A model generated the notes under the pieces. That model searched no databases. It worked only from the letters and a program-made list of their open reading frames with translations, and was not told where the DNA came from. A stretch of DNA of 64,000 nucleotides from Eledone cirrhosa (taxonomy: Eukaryota): positions 35,216,001-35,280,000 of the forward strand of contig OZ024754.1 in the NCBI GenBank assembly GCA_964016885.1. The letters run 5' to 3'. The translations under genes were made by a program, and so were the position numbers. Of this stretch, positions 38,040 through 50,792 are shown in pieces; within the stretch, counting starts at the first letter, position 1, and each line of letters starts with the position of its first letter.

Positions 38040-39725
38040 AGTTGCTGTGCACAGTAGTGGGGTGGTTAGAGTGGCCATGTGCGAGAACCTCTTGACTGTC
38101 ATCAAGCTATCACACAACCACTTTCAGGTACATAGAACCTCTAACAAAAGAAGTAACAACAAATATCAAGGGACAAATCTCAGGACTGCCACCCTCAATG
38201 TTAGTAACCTGAAAGGCAAATCAGGTGAAATTGTGGAACTGTTAGAGAGAAGAGGATTAGATATATACTGTGTACACGAAGTGAGATGGAAGGGTGCCTC
38301 AGCAAGACTAATCACAGGCAAGCAACTCAGATATAAGCTCTAATGGATAAGAAATGACAATGGGGTGGCCGGTGTAGGTATCCTACTAGCTGAGAAATGG
38401 ATAGATAAGCTGATAGAGGTAGTTGGAGTAAGTGATAAGAATGGTCAACCTTAGATAAACTGTAGGAAATAGACTGGTGACAATCACATTTACCAATGCT
38501 CCGCAGTCAGGACTTGGTAAAGAACAAAATGACAGGTTCTATGAGGAACATTTACAGACAACTTCAGGTATTGACGAAAGAGACCTCATTATCCTGGTAG
38601 GTGACCTCAATGGATATGTGGGACAGTACCAAGATGGATTCAGTGGAGTTCATGGTAGCTATGGTTATGGCTCAAGGAGGAATGAAGAGGGGCTGAGACT
38701 CCTAGAATTTTGTGATGCAAATGAACTAACCATCTGCAACACAAATTTCAGGAAAACAGCCAGCCACCTGACTTCATACAATCAAGTGAACTCACAAGCT
38801 AAATTTCTTACTTACTTGTTAGACAACAAGACAAACAGACTGTAATAAATACCAAGGCCTTCCTCAGAGAAGAATGCACCGCCCAAGCACAAGTTAGTTA
38901 TTAGTGACATCAAAATAAACAGAAGACAGAACAAGACATGCAGGAAGATAGAGGATGTGGAAGCTAAAGGATCTCTCGATTGAATATAGGTTTAGAAAGG
39001 CCCTAAATGATCCTCTTGATGAGAGGGATGATGAGCTAGATATATATAATGTAGAGGACAACTGGAAATTCTTATGTGACAACCTTTGGTGAGACTTGCA
39101 ACTGGAGTAGAGCACCAATCAGACAGAGAGTGATCTGGTGGTGGGACAGCACAGTAGATACAGCCATTAAAGCCAAGAGACAGGCATGAAAAGACTGTAA
39201 AAATGGGGGTAGGAGAGACCGGTACCAAGTAGCTAGGAAAGAAGCTAGGTGACTGCTATACACAGCTCAGAGAGAGACTGAAGAAAGTAAATTTACCAAT
39301 GTCTTGAGATGTGAGGATCAGAGGCGTGAACTGTTCCATATTGCAAGACAGTGTGTTAGTGTGAATCAAGATGTTGGGGGAAAAATGTATTAGAAATGAC
39401 GCTGGTGCACTTAGCACCACTGATACCTAAAAGAAAGAGGCCTGGAAATGTTACTATGAGAGATTGATGAATGTAGAGAATGAATAGGAGGAAAAAAAAC
39501 TACCCCCAACTTACTCAAAGGAAGGACCAGTTGATAGTTTTAGGGTCAAAGACACAATCAAGGAGATGAAAAATGATAAAGCTACAGGACCATCAGAAAC
39601 AGTTGCTGAGATGCTAAAAGCATTGGGAAAGGTAGGAGTCAAAGTAGTTACCCATATATTAAATCAAGTCATACATGATGTCATACCCAATGACTGGCAT
39701 AGCAGAACAATCATAAATTTGCCAA
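38040..39725 (+). mobile_element. Decayed RTE LINE: APE endonuclease and linker
   Basis: LRTATLNVSNLKGKSGEIVELLERRGLDIYCVHEVRWKG; LVGDLNGYVG...NEEGLRLLEFCDANELTICNTNF; many stops and frameshifts. Confidence 0.88.
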
Positions 39726-39837
39726 TATCTTGAGATGTAAGGATCAGAGGTATAAAGTTTTCCGTATTGTAAGGCAGTGTGAATCGAGATGTTGTTGGGA
39801 CAAAATGTGTTTGAAATGACACTGGTGCACTTAGCAC

Positions 39838-40090
39838 ACAAAAACAAAATGGTGTAGGACAGAACAAAGGAGAGACAGAAAATAACAAATTAGTCACTGA
39901 GGGGATCACTGAATGTGTGACGAAAGAGCTTTGACAGTAAATAAACAACCATCCAGTTATTAAACCAACCAACTGGAAATTTGTAATAAATTGAAGTGAA
40001 AACCAACAATGCGTGTGTTTTTATTGGCAACATGACCCTCCCAAAGTATAACAATATCTGTTTCAACACACGTTTTCAGATAAGAAATTT
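39838..40090 (+). mobile_element. Second, truncated copy of the Penelope-like 3' region (hammerhead-like motif 39893-39935)
   Basis: Near-identical reverse complement of about 59085-59340; the ORF track shows the same pseudo-peptide VGLITGWLFIYCQSSF in both copies. Confidence 0.75.
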
Positions 40091-40789
40091 GATCATGATA
40101 TATATCGGCTAGGTGCCATGTAACCTAGTACAACCTGCTTCATGGTCAGGTGGTCGATGACTAAACTAGTTCCCCCATAGGACCCTAGTCTGGTGAGGAG
40201 GGTAAATAGAACCCCAACAGCACAAAAACACAAGAACTGTTAAAAGGGCTGATGAAGAACTCAGACTCAACAGCCATCCACCCCAACTAAGGGTTAAATA
40301 GCCTCACCAACCAGCAATTGGCCAAGTATGGTGAGTACGGCTACTCCTCTGAAGACATAATCAAAACCAAACAGAAAGCTGTGGAGGTCAACCAGGGAGG
40401 GGTTCTTCCAACTGGAGTGAGAAGGCCCTGTATTGGATTAGATATTAGATAGGTTTGGGGCCCCAAAGCCCACACAACAAAATCCCTACACTAAGGGGCG
40501 AAAAGCTCATGTAGTAAAAAATAATAAAGAATTTGAATACATAATTTCAGTTCATTGTTTATCAGGAAAATTACATTTTATAATATTAGGTGTCATAAAC
40601 AATAGATTTTGTTTAATATTTTACTGTTTTATGTTGCACTATGTTGGGTTTTTGTCTGACAAAACTGGAAGTTTTGACTGGTGGGGTTATTGTCCAGGTG
40701 AGAGCATGTGTGGACACACGTATACGTAGGTATTTGTGGACTGTTAAAATAAAGATGCGCATGTGTTGAACATGTGTAAAACATAGACA

Positions 40790-41285
40790 GTAGATAGATA
40801 GGTAGATAGATAAATAGATTGACCAACACATATGTAGATAGACAGACATATGGATAGACAGACAGATGGATAGACAGATGTGTGGATAGACAGACAAATG
40901 GATAGACAGATGTGTGGATAGACAGACAGATGGATAGACAGATGTGTGGATAGACAGACAGATGGATAGACAGATGTGTGGATAGACAGACAGATGTGTG
41001 GATAGACAGACAGATGGATAGACAGATGTGTGGATAGACAGACAGATGGATAGACAGATGTGTGGATAGACAGACAGATGGATAGACAGACAGATTAATA
41101 GATAGATAGATACACAGGTAGATAGACAGACAGACAGACTAATAGATATATAGACAGATGGATGGATAGATAGATAGATAGATGGATGGATAGGTAGATA
41201 GATAGATAGATAGATAGGTAGATAGATAGGTAGATAGATAGGTAGATAGATAGGTAGATAGATAGGTAGATAGATAGATAGATAA
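40790..41285. repeat. (GATA)/(GACA) compound microsatellite
   Basis: GATA, GACA and GGATAGACAGATGTGT units. Confidence 0.95.
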
Positions 41286-42410
41286 ATTTCTTTATTAGCC
41301 ACAAGGGCACAAAAGAAGGGGACAAATACAAATGGGGAGTTTACATACAGGTATATGAAAATAAAACTATTAATAAAATAACAAATAACAATTGATATCC
41401 CCAATAGGGGGGAGGTGTTACACAGGGGTTGTACACACCCCGAACAAATGTACAACCCTCATCTCCAGGAGCACCAAGAGTGAGTACTCCCTTCCTCTCT
41501 TCCTCTTTTTCCTCAACCTACAGGCTTATATAGAGAGAAGGCCCAACCACTCGGGCCATCTTTGCCACATTCACCCACCTGTTATAAAATTTGCTGGGGT
41601 ACAGCACCTCTCTCTCCATCCTGGGGTACAGCACCTCCCTCTCCATCCTGGGGTACAGTACCTCTCTCTCCATCCTGGAGTACAGCACCTCTCTCTCCAT
41701 CCTGATTCTTCTTCCAAAATGATATTTGAAAAAACGAATCAGTTGTTCACCGGAGAGAAAGGTGTCTGACCTCAGTCCTTTTAACCTTGTCCACCATATA
41801 ACCTCTTTCACCATAGCCATAACACATAGGAAAACCGCCTCTCCCTCGTTTTTGAAGGAGGGTGGCGGTTTGATCATGACAATGGACTCGGTGGTCAACT
41901 AGATTGGTCCCACCCGCGACAATAGTCGTTCTACATAGCCCCACAGGTCAGTAATGCCCGGGCAGTGTACAGATGCGTGCGCGACGGTTTCCTCGTCGCG
42001 CACGCATCTCGGACAGATCTTTTTCGAAGGGTCCCTACCTGGGCGCCCGTGTCTGTAGAGCTTGTCTCGAACTGGTAGAGCTCCTCGGTAGCACTGCCAG
42101 GCCAGGGACTTTTGGAAGTTGTCCATTGGTCCCGGGCGGAAGGTCCTACCTAACAGACTGGCCAGTTCATCCTCCTCTATGCCTAGAGTTTCTCCGAGCA
42201 TGTCGTCGCACTTGCTGCGGACCAACCCTCTATAGAATGTCGAAGTGGAGTCTCCACTGATCGCCGGGTCCGTTTGCCAGAGGACTGTGAGCGCCTGAGC
42301 ACATTCAATGTGCCAGTCGCCCATTTTCCTTGGTCTTTGCTTGACCCAGGACTGCAGCTCGGTCAGCAAGAGGACTCGTGGGAAGGCTCGCCTACGAACG
42401 GGGCCCACAC
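41285..42410 (-). mobile_element. Tx1/L1-clade LINE 3' fragment (ORF2 C-terminal zinc-binding region) with internal 27-bp tandem repeat
   Basis: AWQCYRGALPVRDKLYRHG...CPRCVRDEETVAHASVHCP...LWGYVE; 3' end GGCTAATAAAGAAATTTATCTATC. Shorter siblings at about 42630-42990, 43010-43210, 43235-43430. Confidence 0.82.
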
Positions 42411-43778
42411 AGGTTGTCTGGTGAGGAATATGTGGAGGTGCCGCAGCCTGATCAAAATTTGACCTGGCAGTCCCTCTACAAATTGGTATAAAAATGAAGG
42501 TTCACAGTTAGGAATTTCTATAGAAATTTAGGCAGAACTTACCCAGCAAGTTTCACGTGTGTGTCCATCCCAGATATAGATAAATAGAGGGATAGATAGA
42601 TAGGCAGACAAACAGGCAGACTGATAGATAGATTTCTTTATTTGCCACAAGGGTGCACAAGAAAAGGGGACAAAACAAGGACATATGCCGGGGATTTTAC
42701 ATACAGTCGTATAAAAATATTGAAACAAACAAATTTAACAATCAAAATCCCCAATAGGGAGGGAGGCGTTACAAATGGGTTGTTTAATACCCCGTCGATA
42801 GAACAACCCTCAACTTCAGGAGCGTGTTGTGCAAGTGCTCCTTTCTTCCTTTTGCTCTCTTCCTCAACCTACAGGTTTATATACAGAGAAGGCCCAATCA
42901 CTCGGACCATTTTTGCTACATTCACCCACCTTTCAGTAAATTTACTGGGGTGCAGTGCCTCTCTCTCCACTCTGATTCTCCTTCTAAAGATAGATAGAGT
43001 GACAGACAGATATCTTTCTTTATTAGCTACAAGGGCGTACAAGAAATGGGACATTACAAGACACGACGGTGGGGGTTTTACATAAAAATCATATAACTTA
43101 ATAAATAACAATAAACTATATATAAAATAAAATAACATTTGAAATCCCCAATAGTGGGCGAACGTTACTGCATGGTTGTTTTACACCCTGTAGATAGAAC
43201 AACCCTCAACACCAGTAGCTATTCCTAGATAGATATGTTTCTTTATTAGCCACAGGGGCACAAAAGAAGGGGACAAATACAAAGGGGGAAGTTTGCATAC
43301 AATAAAAACGTGTAAAATATTATCACAAATGCAATTTAAAAATTAATCGATTTTCCCCAATAGGGGGAGACATTACATATGGGTAACACATACCCCCGAA
43401 AAAAAAATGTGCAACCCTCATCTCCAGGAGATAGATAGACAGACAGACAGATAGATAGGTAAATAGACAGACAGATAGATAGATAAAGACTATAAGCGGT
43501 GGTCATTTGAATTACTACTTGAAAAAGAAAAAAAGAAATCACTTGCAGCAGACGTGACAAACGTTATAGGGAAAATGATACGATACACTTAATTCAGTCG
43601 ATCTAAACAAGTATCCATGTTTCTTTCTCTCTCCCTTTACTTTCTAGTTGACAAACTGCGATTTCAACATGTTGTCAGTTTTCTTTCCTATACATCTACA
43701 GATCAATATCTATCTATACATGTTGTATTATTGCCTGCTCTATCTGGTCTAGTGATAGATATCCATTCACAATTTCTC

Positions 43779-43820
<42 letters not shown>

Positions 43821-43936
43821 ATATATATACATATATATATACCTTTCATTTATATACATATTCTATATTCTATACCTTTCATTTATATACATATTCTATA
43901 TTCTATACCTTTCATTTATATACACATATATATATA

Positions 43937-44117
43937 ATAGTAATAATAATAAAATTGAAGACTAAAATCCAAAGAGGGCTCGATAAGGAAAATATATATC
44001 AAATATATAAGAACCGTAGAGCAAATATTTATTAAAATAACAGATTAAAGTTTAAGCAAAGAATCGCTGCTTTCACCCTTAACGGGATCTTCTGAAACTA
44101 ACAAAGTCAATCTGTAT
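43937..44117 (-). mobile_element. Same family as 14474-14723, without the inverted arm
   Basis: Reverse-complement match to about 14555-14723, with the same end abutting (TA)n. Confidence 0.8.
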
Positions 44118-44293
44118 ACAGACGTACAGTAGTATGTATATATATATACATACATGCACTCACATATATATATGTACGTATGGATTCACCGAACATTTAT
44201 TATAATGCTCGGTGTGTTTGTAATCCCGAATTATGCTGTGCCGTACAGTGTCTAGCAACCATCATTGCTCATTTGTTCAACACTGACAAAGGA

Positions 44294-44336
44294 ACGCTGT
44301 ACTAGTTTCAAGCTTATTAGCTATCGTCAGCAATGT
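44294..44336 (-). ncRNA. Minimal hammerhead ribozyme
   Basis: ACATTG-CTGACGA-T-AGCT-AATA-AGCT-T-GAAA-CTAG-TA^-CAGCGT. Confidence 0.72.
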
Positions 44337-44381
44337 ATACCTTCCTGCCAGATGGTTGAACGTTTCATTTTTTCTGTTTAT

Positions 44382-44415
<34 letters not shown>

Positions 44416-44435
44416 ACAACATTTAATATAGAAAT

Positions 44436-44488
44436 GGTGTCTACAGGACTAGAACTGTTTCATTTGAAGGAAATCATCAGGAAAAGCC
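44436..44488 (-). ncRNA. Type I hammerhead-like motif
   Basis: GGCTTTTC-CTGATGA-TTTCCTTCAAAT-GAAA-CAG-TTCTAGTC-CTG-TA^-GACACC; a truncated sibling at about 58070-58116 has GAAGCC after the site, which restores stem I. Confidence 0.6.
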
Positions 44489-44534
44489 TCATTACATATT
44501 GTGCTTACCCATGATTGAACCCAGAACTCTCTCT

Positions 44535-44567
<33 letters not shown>

Positions 44568-44604
44568 GTTTATATATAAATATCTGTAAGTATATATGTA
44601 TATG

Positions 44605-44649
<45 letters not shown>

Positions 44650-44762
44650 GTGAATGACATATATATACACATAAATATCCAATGATATAAATCTATACTG
44701 ATTTGGGGAGACAGGATACATGTTCGAGATTATCTCAATCATGACATCCATAACTTTGAATG

Positions 44763-44795
<33 letters not shown>

Positions 44796-45490
44796 CGAAA
44801 CAAATGAGGTCGTGTAGGTGTCACAAAAAAAAAAAACACACCTACACGAACTGTGTCACGAAAAAAAAACCACACAGTCCACGCTGTAATTTGGCCGTGT
44901 AGGTAACACGGTAAAAACCTCCCAGTCCACACTGTAAATGTGGTTGGTGGTAGGAAGGGCATCCAGCCGTAGAAAACCCGCCAGACAGTACTATGCGAGC
45001 AAGACAACCAATCTTGCCTCAAGTAGGAAAACTCCCGTCCAAACCCATGCAAGCGTGGAAGATGGACGTTAAACGATGTTGATGATGATATATATATATA
45101 TACTGTATATATATATACAGCTGTAGAAATGAGATGATAGGGACTGGGGTCCATATCATTCCACTGCAAAGTGGTCGTGCAGGTGCCACGGCAAAAAAGC
45201 ACCCAGCACTCACTGTAAATGAGGTTGTGGTTAGGAAGGGCATCCAGCTGTAGAAATCAAGCCAGAATCAGTTCCAGTCCCACCCTTGCAAGCAGGGAAA
45301 AGTGGACGTAAAATGATGATGATGATGATGATGATGATGATGTATATATATAAGCAAAAGGGATATTTAATTTGTTGGTAATTCAACAAATATAAATGTT
45401 TATAACTGATTCAAAGCACTCGACAGATTTTCTGGAGTATAATATTCAATGATATTAAATAAATGGAAACTATATTTATAAAACCATATT

Positions 45491-45551
45491 TATTCTATTA
45501 TATATATTTCAAGGGTACCAAAACTTTGGTACACTCTCATCAGATAAAATA
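45491..45551 (-). ncRNA. Minimal hammerhead ribozyme, left arm of an inverted repeat
   Basis: Minus strand TATTTTAT-CTGATGA-GAGTGTACCAAAGTTTTGGTACCCTT-GAAA-TATATA-TA^-ATAGAATA. Confidence 0.8.
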
Positions 45552-45621
45552 CAAAGTTTGTTTTATAAATATTGACATATCCAGGAAGAAGATCTTAACG
45601 GTTCAAGTTTTTCCTGGATAG

Positions 45622-45682
45622 TATTTTATCTGATGAGAGCGTACCAAAGTTTTGGTACCCTTGAAATATATATAATAGAATA
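45622..45682 (+). ncRNA. Minimal hammerhead ribozyme, right arm of an inverted repeat
   Basis: TATTTTAT-CTGATGA-GAGCGTACCAAAGTTTTGGTACCCTT-GAAA-TATATA-TA^-ATAGAATA; 8-bp stem I, stem II GTACCAAA/TTTGGTAC. Confidence 0.8.
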
Positions 45683-46974
45683 AATATGGTTTTATAAATA
45701 TAGTTGATGGGTGAAGAAGTGCCAGGAAATGCCATTTGAAGGAAGACTTGGTAGAGGTATACCACGAAAAAGATGGGCGGAGGTGGTGAGAACAGACCTC
45801 AGATTGCTGAAGCTCACAGTGGAGATGACGAAGGACTGTGACAAGTGGAGAGATGCTGGGCTGAATAGGACCCATCCCACCCTTGCAAGCAGGGAAAAGC
45901 GGACGTAAAATGATGATGATGATGATGATATATATAACAAAGAGGGTGTGGTAAGATACCAGGTAGACCATAACGCACCAGAGTACTCAATACGTAGGGT
46001 AGTAGAGTGGGTAATAGGATCTAGCTGTTGAAACAGCCAGAGCTCAGCTGTTAGGGTCCTGACTCTTTTCCAATATATATATATATAGTATATGATAAAG
46101 TTATATCTGTATATATATATATATATATACTGTAAATGTGGTTGGTGTTAGGAAGGGAATCCAGCCGTACAAAACCTGCCAGATAGTCCTATACAAGCGA
46201 GACACAGTCACCCGACCAATCTTGCCTCAAGTGGGACAATTCCCGTCTAAACCCATGCTAGCGTGGAAGATAGATGTTAAACGATGATGATGATGATATG
46301 TATATATATCTATATCTATATATATATATATACATATCTATTTGGCAGTATCAGTAGAGCATCAGACACCATGCTTTGCAGCATAGAGTTATGGCCCTTT
46401 ACGTTCTGAGTTAACTTTGTCTTTCATCCTTATGGGGTCGATAAAATAAAGTACCAGTAATGCACTGGGATTAAATGGAGTGACCATGTAACAAACCAGG
46501 AAGTCAGGAACCGCACCAACCAGCAGCTAGTCTCTTCTGCCATCTGCAAGCGACGCCTGGGCTGGTTTGGGCACACTTTGAGACTTCCCCCGGAGAGACT
46601 GGCGAACCAAGTACCTAAATGGAACCCACAGGGAAGCAGACAGAGAGGGCGACCCAAAATGAACTGGCGCCAGACAGTTGAGAGGGACCTGTGAGCGACA
46701 AACAGACAATGGCGGGACGCTGTGCAACTGGCTGCTGACCAAACGCGGTGGAACACTATGATTGCCTCATGCGTCGCAAGACGCGGGAGCTTCTGAGTCT
46801 GAGTGAATGCACTGGGGTAATTGCTGGCATTGTGTCAAAAGTAGAAACAAAAAACAAAAAATAAAGAAATCTATCTAGCTATCTCTCTCTATATATAGAC
46901 AAGTATATTGGTTGAACTCCCTCATATGTATGTCTATACTTGTATGTAAATATATATATATCTTCAATTAATTT

Positions 46975-47700
46975 GTTAATTAGTCCTTTATGCCCAAGTA
47001 TTTGTGTTCAGATAAATGGTGCTAAATCGAAACCATTCAATATGGGAGTCGGACTCGACCAAGGGTGTGTAATGTCACCTGTCCTGTTCATTATTTACTT
47101 CAACAGGCGGTGGATTGGCAGTATCGGTAGAGGGTTGGACGCCATGCTTTCCAGCAGAGTTATGTCCCTTTACAATCTGAGTTCAAATCCCGCCGAGGTT
47201 GACTTTGCCTTTCATCCTTACGGGGTCGATAAAATAGAGTACCAGTAATGCACTGGGATAATTGCTGGCCTTGTGCCTAAAGTAGAAACAATTATTTACT
47301 TCAACAGGATTAAACATGTGCAGCTGGGTTGGAAGTGATATCATGACTGGCAGGTGTAAAATCAGTTGGCTGGAATTTGCAGATGACATGGTGTTAATTA
47401 ACTCGACAGAAGGTGTTCTCCGACTTGCACTTGATGGGATTGATGCTGAGTGCTGCATGGCTTGGAATGAAAATCAGTCCTGCAAAAAGTGAGATGCCTG
47501 TTCTCTCAAGGAAGCGTATGCAGTGCACTCTACATGTGAATGTAGTTCCACTGAAGCATGTGGAGTATCTCCAGGCTGTTCAAGTATCTCCAGGCTGTTC
47601 ATGAGTGATGGAGGGCAGGAGGCTGAATTAAGTGCAAGAATTGCAGGGAGCTGGTGCAGTAATGTGCCAGCTTTGGCATTTAGTAATCAGAAGAGACACA
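46975..47700 (+). mobile_element. Decayed RTE RT fragment interrupted by a young SINE (47106-47295)
   Basis: VQINGAKSKPFNMGVGLDQGCVMSPVLFIIYF...EFADDMVL; SINE TSD TTATTTACTTCAACA. Confidence 0.8.
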
Positions 47701-49419
47701 CGACCGTGACTTCTGGCGTCACGCAGTAATACAGAGTACCCGACCTCCCATGGGTACAAGCTGAAGCATATAGACAATATGCCCCCACACTCCCCACCGC
47801 AAGGTGGTCGTGGAGGTGCCACGGCAAAAAAGCACCCAGCCCACACTGTAAAGTGGACGTGTAGGCGCCACGAAAAAGCACCCAGCACTCACTGTAAATG
47901 AGGTTGGTGTTAGGAAGGGTATCCAGCTGTAGAAATCAAGCCAGATCAGTTCCTGTATGAGCAAGGCATGGTCAGCCGACCAGACACTGCCCACAACAGG
48001 ACAACCCGTCTAACCCATGCTAGCGTGGAAGAACGGACGTAAAACGGTGATGAAGAGAGGTAGGTGTAAAAGCCAAACTTGTTATCTTCAATTCGTTATT
48101 CATGCCAACCCTTACCTAGGGTCATGAATCTTGGGTAATGACTGAAAGAATACGGTCGTGAATACAAGCGGCTGGAATGAGGATTCTCCGAAGGTACATT
48201 AGTATATTTGCTGTGTCTAAATTGTGTCTAAATCCATACATATACCTACACATATACATAAGTGTGTGTCTAAATATATTTATATACATGGTGTGTCTAA
48301 ATATATTTATATACACACAATAATTATTTTTTTCTCCCCAAACTACCAAAACACACATCTATTTGTATATGCACTACAAATTATGATATATGATAAACAT
48401 GTCATGTTTATCATATATCAATTTTTTTTTATATCTTGGTTGATAATAATAGTGTAATATATTATGTTAACTTTCATAGTAAATATTTTTTATCATGTCA
48501 TAACTTTTTCTCCACATATCACTATTTGACAGATTTCATAGGTCATTTTGCTATAATCCTTTTATAATTATTGAAAGCTATAAATTTAATATGACCTGCT
48601 TGGATCAAATTGCATTTTATGACCATTTTAGAGTGCAAAGAGCTAAACTAATCACTACAACTAAATTTGGACTCTCCAATTCAGAAATGCTTCCCCTGCA
48701 TAAATGCACATGGCTTAGTGGTTAGAGCATTGGCCTTGCAATCGAAAGGTTGTGAGTTCAATTCTCAGACCGGGTGATGTGTTGTTTCCTTGAGCAAGAC
48801 ACTTTATTTCACGTTGCTCCAGTTTACTCAGCTGTAGAAATGAGATGATAGCGACTGGGGTCCAGATCATTCCACTGCAAAGTGGTCGTGTAGGTGCCAC
48901 GGGAAAAAAAGCACCCAGCACTCACTGTAAAAATGAGGTTGGTGTTAGGAAGGGCATCCAGCTGTAGAAATCAAGCCAAAAATCAGTTCCCGTCCCACCC
49001 TTGCAAGCAGGGAAAAAGCGGACGTAAAATGAAATGATGAATGATGATATATGTGAGCATAGTTCAATTAGTGGTTAATAATCTTTTGAAAATGTTAAAC
49101 ATCACAAACTCTCTCTCCTAAGTACTTACTTTCAAGTGTATACCTGTGTATAAAGCGTGTGTGGACCAATGTCCTCAAGATGTGTTAATAAAAGCTGCGC
49201 TTAGATAACTAAATAAGGTAAATACTTCTAATCAAATTGTTAAAACTATGACAGAGTGTGAGACTTTTAAAATCGTTGCATGCATGTATTTTTAAATATA
49301 GTATGGTAGTTAATTGTTTAAGAGTTAAATTGTTCATTGTTTGAACAATATTTTTGTAATGCATAGACAAATAGCATCAATTGAACATTGTTGTTTTGGT
49401 TTGTTGGATTTATGGTGCC

Positions 49420-50050
49420 AGATAGATGCTACTTTATTATTCCAGTTCTTTGAGCTGAAGAATGTTGGTGCAGCTAAAAAAAGATCTAACTTGAAGGATC
49501 ACATAGACAACTTGGAGCCTATAACTTTACTAAATGCAGAGTTCAAGAGGTTAGCAAAGAGGTTGGTGCTTGTTATCAATGATTTGGTTGGGGAGGCACA
49601 GATGTACATCATCTCAAACTGATCCATCTATGACAACCACCACCACCACCACATGTGATGCATCATAGAGTGGGTAAGTAAGGAACCTGGCAAGTGTGAG
49701 GCCTTGATCAACTTAGATAAATGGAAAGTTTTTGATAGCGTCATCCTACTTGGTGGCTTCCCTCAAGATGGTCGGTTTTGACACTGACTTCATGGGACGA
49801 ATTGCTGCTAAGTACAGCAACAACTGCTCAGTGGTCAGAGTGAATAGCTGCCTATCACGTGCTCAGTTAATCAGAGATGCCTCCTCTAATCTCTCTTATA
49901 CATAATCACTCTTGAGCCATTACTGTACAGGCTAGAAGCACTGAGAGGCTACCTACATGAATTAGGATGTGAGAGAGCCATGTCAACATATACTTATGAT
50001 ATCACTGTAGTTGATCAAAGACATCGAGGTGTTCAACACCACTCTAAGCA
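49420..50050 (+). mobile_element. Highly decayed L1/Tx1-type RT fragment
   Basis: DHIDNLEPITLLNAEFKRLAKRL resembles the RT motif NYRPITLLN.D.K. Confidence 0.55.
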
Positions 50051-50296
50051 GTCTATATTTGAAACACACATCACAGCATATCAGTAATTAGGGATTACAG
50101 CCTCTGAGATTTTGCTGTCAATGAAAATATTAGAGACAGTTTTACCTCAACCAATTTGGAGCCATTTATATATTGCTACAGTTCAGCCAGCCACTTCCCT
50201 AATTCACTGTTGTTCAGAGTGGTGGGCTCCAAGATTCCTAATATGCCAGTAAATAACAGGGAGCATTTGATTGTATTGTATGTAAAAGAATATATA

Positions 50297-50468
50297 TACC
50301 GTATTTCCCGGCGTCAAAATGCTACTTATTTCCTAAAATAAGTCTCAAAAATCTACCATACGTTCTGAAGGCCGAAGGTTGTTTCTTATTTTGTTTTCAA
50401 ATTTTTGGTTGTCAAAATTAAGGTGTGTCCTCGAGAACAAAGCATCTTCGGCGCCGGGAAATACGGTG
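50297..50468. mobile_element. Tc1/pogo-like MITE; second copy at about 52318-52467
   Basis: TIR ACCGTATTTCCCGGCG / CGCCGGGAAATACGGT in TA context. Confidence 0.8.
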
Positions 50469-50757
50469 TATATATATGTAGCCAATTTCTTGGACTTTTA
50501 CACAGGGGATAAAGTTAATAAAGAGAGTGGTGTGTTCATGTGCAGAGATGATATAAGATAGCTAATGGAATAGGGTGAAGACCCTTACAGATAGAAAAAG
50601 AAGTTGCCATCGGCCATTGTGAGGAATATATATATATATAAACGTTTGTATATGTATAATAAAGCCAAAACAATGCAGGTATGGACATAGAATAAAGAAT
50701 GCAAATGCAAAAGATATTGTTGACAATTAATCTTTTACTTTAGATTTATTTAAATGT

Positions 50758-50792
50758 CCTTAATTTTCGAGATAATATCTCTTCTTCGGAGG
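50758..50792 (-). ncRNA. Minimal hammerhead-like motif with CCGAAGA core
   Basis: CCT-CCGAAGA-A-GAGAT-ATT-ATCTC-GAAA-AT-TA^-AGG followed by AATAAA. Confidence 0.55.
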
